DNA of 63,570 nucleotides from Myxococcales bacterium (GTDB lineage Bacteria; Myxococcota_A; Polyangia; Polyangiales; Houyiibacteriaceae): NCBI GenBank assembly GCA_012744445.1, contig JAAYBZ010000165.1, positions 1 to 63,570 of the forward strand, read 5' to 3'. Shown piece by piece: positions 59,989 to 63,570 of this stretch (position 1 is its first letter; each line of letters starts with the position of its first letter). The notes under the pieces were generated by a model. It saw only the letters and a program-made list of their open reading frames with translations, ran no database searches and was not told where the DNA came from. The position numbers and the translations under genes were made by a program.

Positions 59989-61446
59989 TTAGAAGTATTT
60001 CTTCCTCTTCGACGAGCTGAGGATGCCAAGCATGTCGCGATATTTGGCGACGGTGCGCCGCGCGATGTCGATGTCCTGTTGGGCGAGGAGCTCCACGATC
60101 TTCTGATCCGAGTACGGATTGCGAGGATCCTCGCCGTCCACGATCTTCTTGATGGCCTGCTTCACGCTCTCGGAGGCGATGTCCTCCTGCGAGCCGCGCT
60201 TGATGGCGCTGTTGAAGAAGAACTTGAGCTCGAAGATCCCCCGCGGGGTGTGGACGTACTTGTTGCTCGTGACCCGCGAGATGGTGCTCTCGTGCATCCC
60301 GACGGCGTCGGCCACGTCGCGGAGGATCATCGGCTTGAGGTGCTCGATGCCGTAGTCGAAGAAGTCGCGCTGCTTCTCGACGATGCACTCCGTGACCTTG
60401 GCGATGGTCTTACGACGCTGCTCGATGCTGCGGATGAGCCACTGCGCGCTGCGGAGCTTGCTCTGGATGTACTCCCTCGCCTTGGGGTTGTCCGTCATCG
60501 CGGCGCGGTAGAAGCCACTGATCTTGAGCTTGGGCATCCCGTCGTCGTTGGCCGTGACGACGTAGTCGTCGCCCACGCGGTGCACGTAGACGTCGGGCGT
60601 GATGTAGCGCGGCTCTTCGCTCGTGAAGTTGCGGCCCGGACGCGGCTCGAGCTCCGCGATCATCTGCGCGATGTCGTAGACCTCCTCGACCGTGATCTCG
60701 AGGGCCTTGGCGATGGCCTGGTACTGCCGCCGCTCGAGGTCGCCGAGGTGCTCGTCGATGACCTTGAGCACGAGCGCGTCGAGCCCGTAGATCTCGGCCT
60801 GCACGTGGAGGCACTCGGCGAGCGAGCGCGCCGCCACGCCCGGCGGATCGAAGCGCTGGATGATCTTGAGGACCTCTTCGGCGTCGTCGGGATCGAGCCC
60901 CGCCTCCTCGGCCAGCGTGGGCACCACGTCGGCCGGCTCGACGCCGTCGAGGCGGAGGTAGCCGTGCTCGTCGAGGTTGCCGATCACGAGCGCCGCGAAG
61001 CGCAGCTCGTCCTCGGCGTAGTCGCCCATCTGGAGCTGCCAGAGGAGGTGATCCGCGAGCCCCCGACCCGAGGCCGCCACGCCCTCGTAGCTGGGCATCT
61101 CGTCGTCGCCGCCGCCGCGCGAGACGGGCATCGGCGCCTGGAGCGAGTGGTTCTCGAGGTAGCGCTCCCAGTCGATCTCGTCCTTCTGGGACTGGCCCTC
61201 GTCGACGACCGCGCGATCGTCGCGCGCGATCTGGGCCTCGAGCGGGCTCATCATCTCGGTGGGGTCGCTCACCTCGCGGCTGTCGCGGCCTTCGAGCGAG
61301 TCCTCCAGGACCGGGTTCTCGAGGAGCTCCTCCTGCACCATCTCGGTGAGCTCCATGCGGGACATCTGCAGCAGCCGGATCGCTTGTTGCAACTGCGGCG
61401 TCATCACCAGCTGCTGCGAAAGCTTGATTTGCTGCTTCAGCTCCAT
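59989..61446 (-). CDS. rpoN: RNA polymerase sigma-54 factor
   Basis: The region I sequence is MELKQQIKLSQQLVMTPQLQQAIRLLQMSRMEL. The HTH and RpoN box (ARRTVAKYRDML) are at the C-terminus. Confidence 0.96.
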   Translation of the reverse strand: MELKQQIKLSQQLVMTPQLQQAIRLLQMSRMELTEMVQEELLENPVLEDSLEGRDSREVSDPTEMMSPLEAQIARDDRAVVDEGQSQKDEIDWERYLENHSLQAPMPVSRGGGDDEMPSYEGVAASGRGLADHLLWQLQMGDYAEDELRFAALVIGNLDEHGYLRLDGVEPADVVPTLAEEAGLDPDDAEEVLKIIQRFDPPGVAARSLAECLHVQAEIYGLDALVLKVIDEHLGDLERRQYQAIAKALEITVEEVYDIAQMIAELEPRPGRNFTSEEPRYITPDVYVHRVGDDYVVTANDDGMPKLKISGFYRAAMTDNPKAREYIQSKLRSAQWLIRSIEQRRKTIAKVTECIVEKQRDFFDYGIEHLKPMILRDVADAVGMHESTISRVTSNKYVHTPRGIFELKFFFNSAIKRGSQEDIASESVKQAIKKIVDGEDPRNPYSDQKIVELLAQQDIDIARRTVAKYRDMLGILSSSKRKKYF

Positions 61447-61569
61447 CCGATCTCCCGGAAGTATAGGACACCGCGCCTGTCATGGGGAATGGCAGACGTC
61501 GGGGACCCTTGGATATCTCGTCGGCGGAGGCGCGCGACCCGCGTCGGCTCCGGGAAATCCGTCGCTATA

Positions 61570-63033
61570 TCAAGACGATGCAGACGATTCTCCGAGGAGG
61601 TCCGCGTCCTCGTTCGTGGGCAGGGACCTCACCTTTCGTACGACGATGGGCACGCCGTCCGACGGTCCCGTGAGGATTCCTAAGGCCGCGGGCTTCGGAT
61701 CACAGTCCGGGGCGAGCTCGAGCTCGGCGCGCTGGACGAGGCGCAGGGTGAGCAGCCGCATCTGGAGCATGGCGAAGGGCTTGCCGAGGCAGGAGCGCGA
61801 GCCCCCGCCGAAGGGGAGGTATTCGAAAGGGCTCGCCTTCTTCTCGAGGAAGCGCGTCGGGTCGAAGCGGTGCGGATCGGGCCAGAGGTCCTCGCGGAAG
61901 TGGAGCACCGAAGGGCTCGGGAAGACGCGCGTGCCGGCCGGCATCTCGTAGCCGCCGTAGGCGAGCGGCTGGGTGAGCACGCGCGGGACATTGGCCGCGA
62001 CGGGGCGGAGGCGCATCGCCTCTTCGATGACGGCCGTGGTGATGGGGACCCGCTGCGCGTCGTCGAAGCCCGGCGCGCGGTCCCCGAGGAGCGCGTCCGC
62101 CTCCTCCTTCACGGCGCGCCACCACGCCGGGTGGCGGAGGAGGAAGTAGACCACCCAGCTCATCGTCATGGAGGTGGTCTCGTGGCCGCCCACGAGGAAC
62201 GTGACGAGCTGGTCGTAGACGTCGTCGTCGGTGAGCGGCGAGCCGTCTTCGTAGCGGGCGCGGACGAGCATCGCGAGCACGTCCTCGCGCGAGTCGTCGG
62301 CCTCGGCCCGGGCGCGCGCGATCTCGTCGAAGAGGATCGCGTCGATCTCGCGCACCACCTCGGCGAGCCGCGCGACGGGGTTCTTCGGGAGCGGCGGATC
62401 GTCGGGGCGGTAGCGGGCGCGGCTCCGCTCGGCGAGCGCGCGCACCGCCACGCGCACGGGCTCGCCACCGAGGGCCATCGACGCGAAGAGGAAGGCCGGA
62501 TGCTGCACGGTGTGCATCCACTCGGAGAAGAGGCGCGTGAGCCGCCGGCTCCGGGCCTCGTCCACCACGCCGAAGATGCACTCCATGATCGTCGCGAGGC
62601 TCACGTCGACGACGAGCGATTGGACCGTCACGCGCTCCCCCGGCCGGAGCGCCTCGAGGCGGCGGTCCATCTTCTCGATCATCGTCCCCGCGTAGACGCC
62701 GAGCCGCTGGTGTTTGAACGGCGGCGTGAGCACGCGGCGCGCGCGGCGATGATCTTCGCCGTTCTTGAAGAGGATGGTCTCGGGGCCGAGGAAGGCGCGG
62801 AGCGCGTTGGAGTCGCCGTGCGCCTCGTCGGCGCTCATCTTGAAGAGCAGGCGCACGAGCTCGGGATCGCCGACGATGGTCCACTCGGGCTGGCCGAGGA
62901 GCTTCACGCGAAAGAGCGGCCCGTGCTCCGCATAGCCCTCCCACATCGGCTTGTACGGGCATTCGATGAGGAGGAGGAGCTGCCGGAGCGCGTTCTTGCG
63001 CGCTCTCGGCGGGAGCTTGGGACGCGGCGCCAT
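61570..63033 (-). CDS. cytochrome P450
   Basis: The internal ATG at 63033 gives MAPRPKLPP.... I-helix LVGGHETT, ExxR EEAMRLRP, and the heme loop FGGGSRSCLGKPFA. Confidence 0.9.
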   Translation of the reverse strand: MAPRPKLPPRARKNALRQLLLLIECPYKPMWEGYAEHGPLFRVKLLGQPEWTIVGDPELVRLLFKMSADEAHGDSNALRAFLGPETILFKNGEDHRRARRVLTPPFKHQRLGVYAGTMIEKMDRRLEALRPGERVTVQSLVVDVSLATIMECIFGVVDEARSRRLTRLFSEWMHTVQHPAFLFASMALGGEPVRVAVRALAERSRARYRPDDPPLPKNPVARLAEVVREIDAILFDEIARARAEADDSREDVLAMLVRARYEDGSPLTDDDVYDQLVTFLVGGHETTSMTMSWVVYFLLRHPAWWRAVKEEADALLGDRAPGFDDAQRVPITTAVIEEAMRLRPVAANVPRVLTQPLAYGGYEMPAGTRVFPSPSVLHFREDLWPDPHRFDPTRFLEKKASPFEYLPFGGGSRSCLGKPFAMLQMRLLTLRLVQRAELELAPDCDPKPAALGILTGPSDGVPIVVRKVRSLPTNEDADLLGESSASS

Positions 63034-63170
63034 GGCCGGCAGTCTACATTTCTGGACGCGAATCCGAGCTCCCGCGCCCCCTAGGGGCACTCGCTCGGCG
63101 TCGGGGATTCCCCCGCGGCGAGAGCGGCTGGGTCAGGAAGGCACACGCGAAGGCGCGGCCATGGTCCAGC

Positions 63171-63497
63171 TCATTGCGGGAGCGGCCGGAGCTGCACCTC
63201 GACCTTGGTGAGCCCCGGCGGCAGATCGAGCTCGAGGTCGTGCGGGAAGTACCCCTTGGCCTCGATCGTCACGTAGTGCTTGCCCGGCGAGAGCTTCACC
63301 GGATTCGCCGCCACCACCCGCGCGCTCCCCACGCTCTCGTCGTCCACCACCACCCGCGCCGTCTCCGGCTCCACGTGCACCTCCAGATACGCCGCCTTCG
63401 AGCCCAAGGTGGACTCGAGCTGGCAGGCGGGCAGGACGAACGAGAGGACCGCGAGGGTGACGACGGCTTGGGCGCGGCGGAGCATCCGCGCTGTCAT
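63171..63497 (-). CDS. PEGA-domain lipoprotein
   Basis: The lipobox is LSFVLPAC. A PEGA-like beta-sandwich follows (LEVHVEPETARVVVDDESVG...LSPGKHYVTIEAKGYFPHDLELDLPPG). Confidence 0.65.
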   Translation of the reverse strand: MTARMLRRAQAVVTLAVLSFVLPACQLESTLGSKAAYLEVHVEPETARVVVDDESVGSARVVAANPVKLSPGKHYVTIEAKGYFPHDLELDLPPGLTKVEVQLRPLPQ

Positions 63498-63570
63498 AGC
63501 AGCATCGGGCCGGGGCTTGAAGGGCGCGTGCCGAGTGCCCTCGGCCGCCCGGTCGCGCCATGCCGTAAGC

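Noticed and set aside
63133-63561. A 142-aa ORF at the right edge of the window.
   Set aside because: It overlaps the PEGA lipoprotein gene in another frame on the same strand. The product is Gly/Arg/Ala-rich. The lipoprotein frame has a lipobox and a domain pattern.

Overview
This is a 63.6-kb, very GC-rich (by eye about 70%, not computed), gene-dense chromosomal segment. I support about 58 protein genes and one tRNA-Val(GAC). I found no rRNA, CRISPR array, transposase, integrase or prophage genes. Real genes were separated from the many long antisense or out-of-frame 'shadow' ORFs by family-level sequence recognition, high third-position GC, and start/stop coupling.

The content points to a myxobacterium (inference only): Myxococcus-type Cys-rich repeats with a fibro-slime domain, PEGA, FHA-GGDEF, PilZ, sigma-54 and a fused OtsA-OtsB.

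Gene blocks in order:
- hisB-hisH-hisF, an acyl-CoA synthetase and gyrA.
- A trehalose/glucose cluster: glk, a GH15 hydrolase, fused TPS-TPP and pgi.
- FHA-GGDEF, then a divergent ArnT-like / LtaS-EptA-like envelope enzyme pair.
- lon, then gpsA with a two-component system, then a DEAD-box helicase.
- An orphan SctJ-like lipoprotein followed by a mirror-duplicated Mla/MCE ABC transporter (ATPase-permease-permease-ATPase-MCE).
- pyrF, rlmB and a CinA-N-like gene.
- An ArsR-rhodanese / DoxX(DoxDA) / Zn-ribbon membrane / DDN operon with an AT-rich palindromic operator.
- tRNA-Val, an M23 peptidase, a GT-C membrane protein, two convergent PilZ genes and a metallophosphoesterase.
- argC, rpsI-rplM, plsB and a TIGR02757-like gene.
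- A PTS-Ntr/HprK cluster (ptsN-hprK-rapZ-ptsH-ptsI) separated from hpf-rpoN by an opposite-strand Cys-rich lipoprotein gene.
- A cytochrome P450 and a PEGA lipoprotein.

The best candidates for undescribed biology are two. First, the asymmetric Mla/MCE transporter, whose two ATPases carry complementary motif defects that predict one degenerate ATP site, together with its SctJ-like and coiled-coil neighbours. Second, the rhodanese-ArsR/DoxX/DDN redox operon.

All domain calls are by-eye motif recognition. No database search was run.
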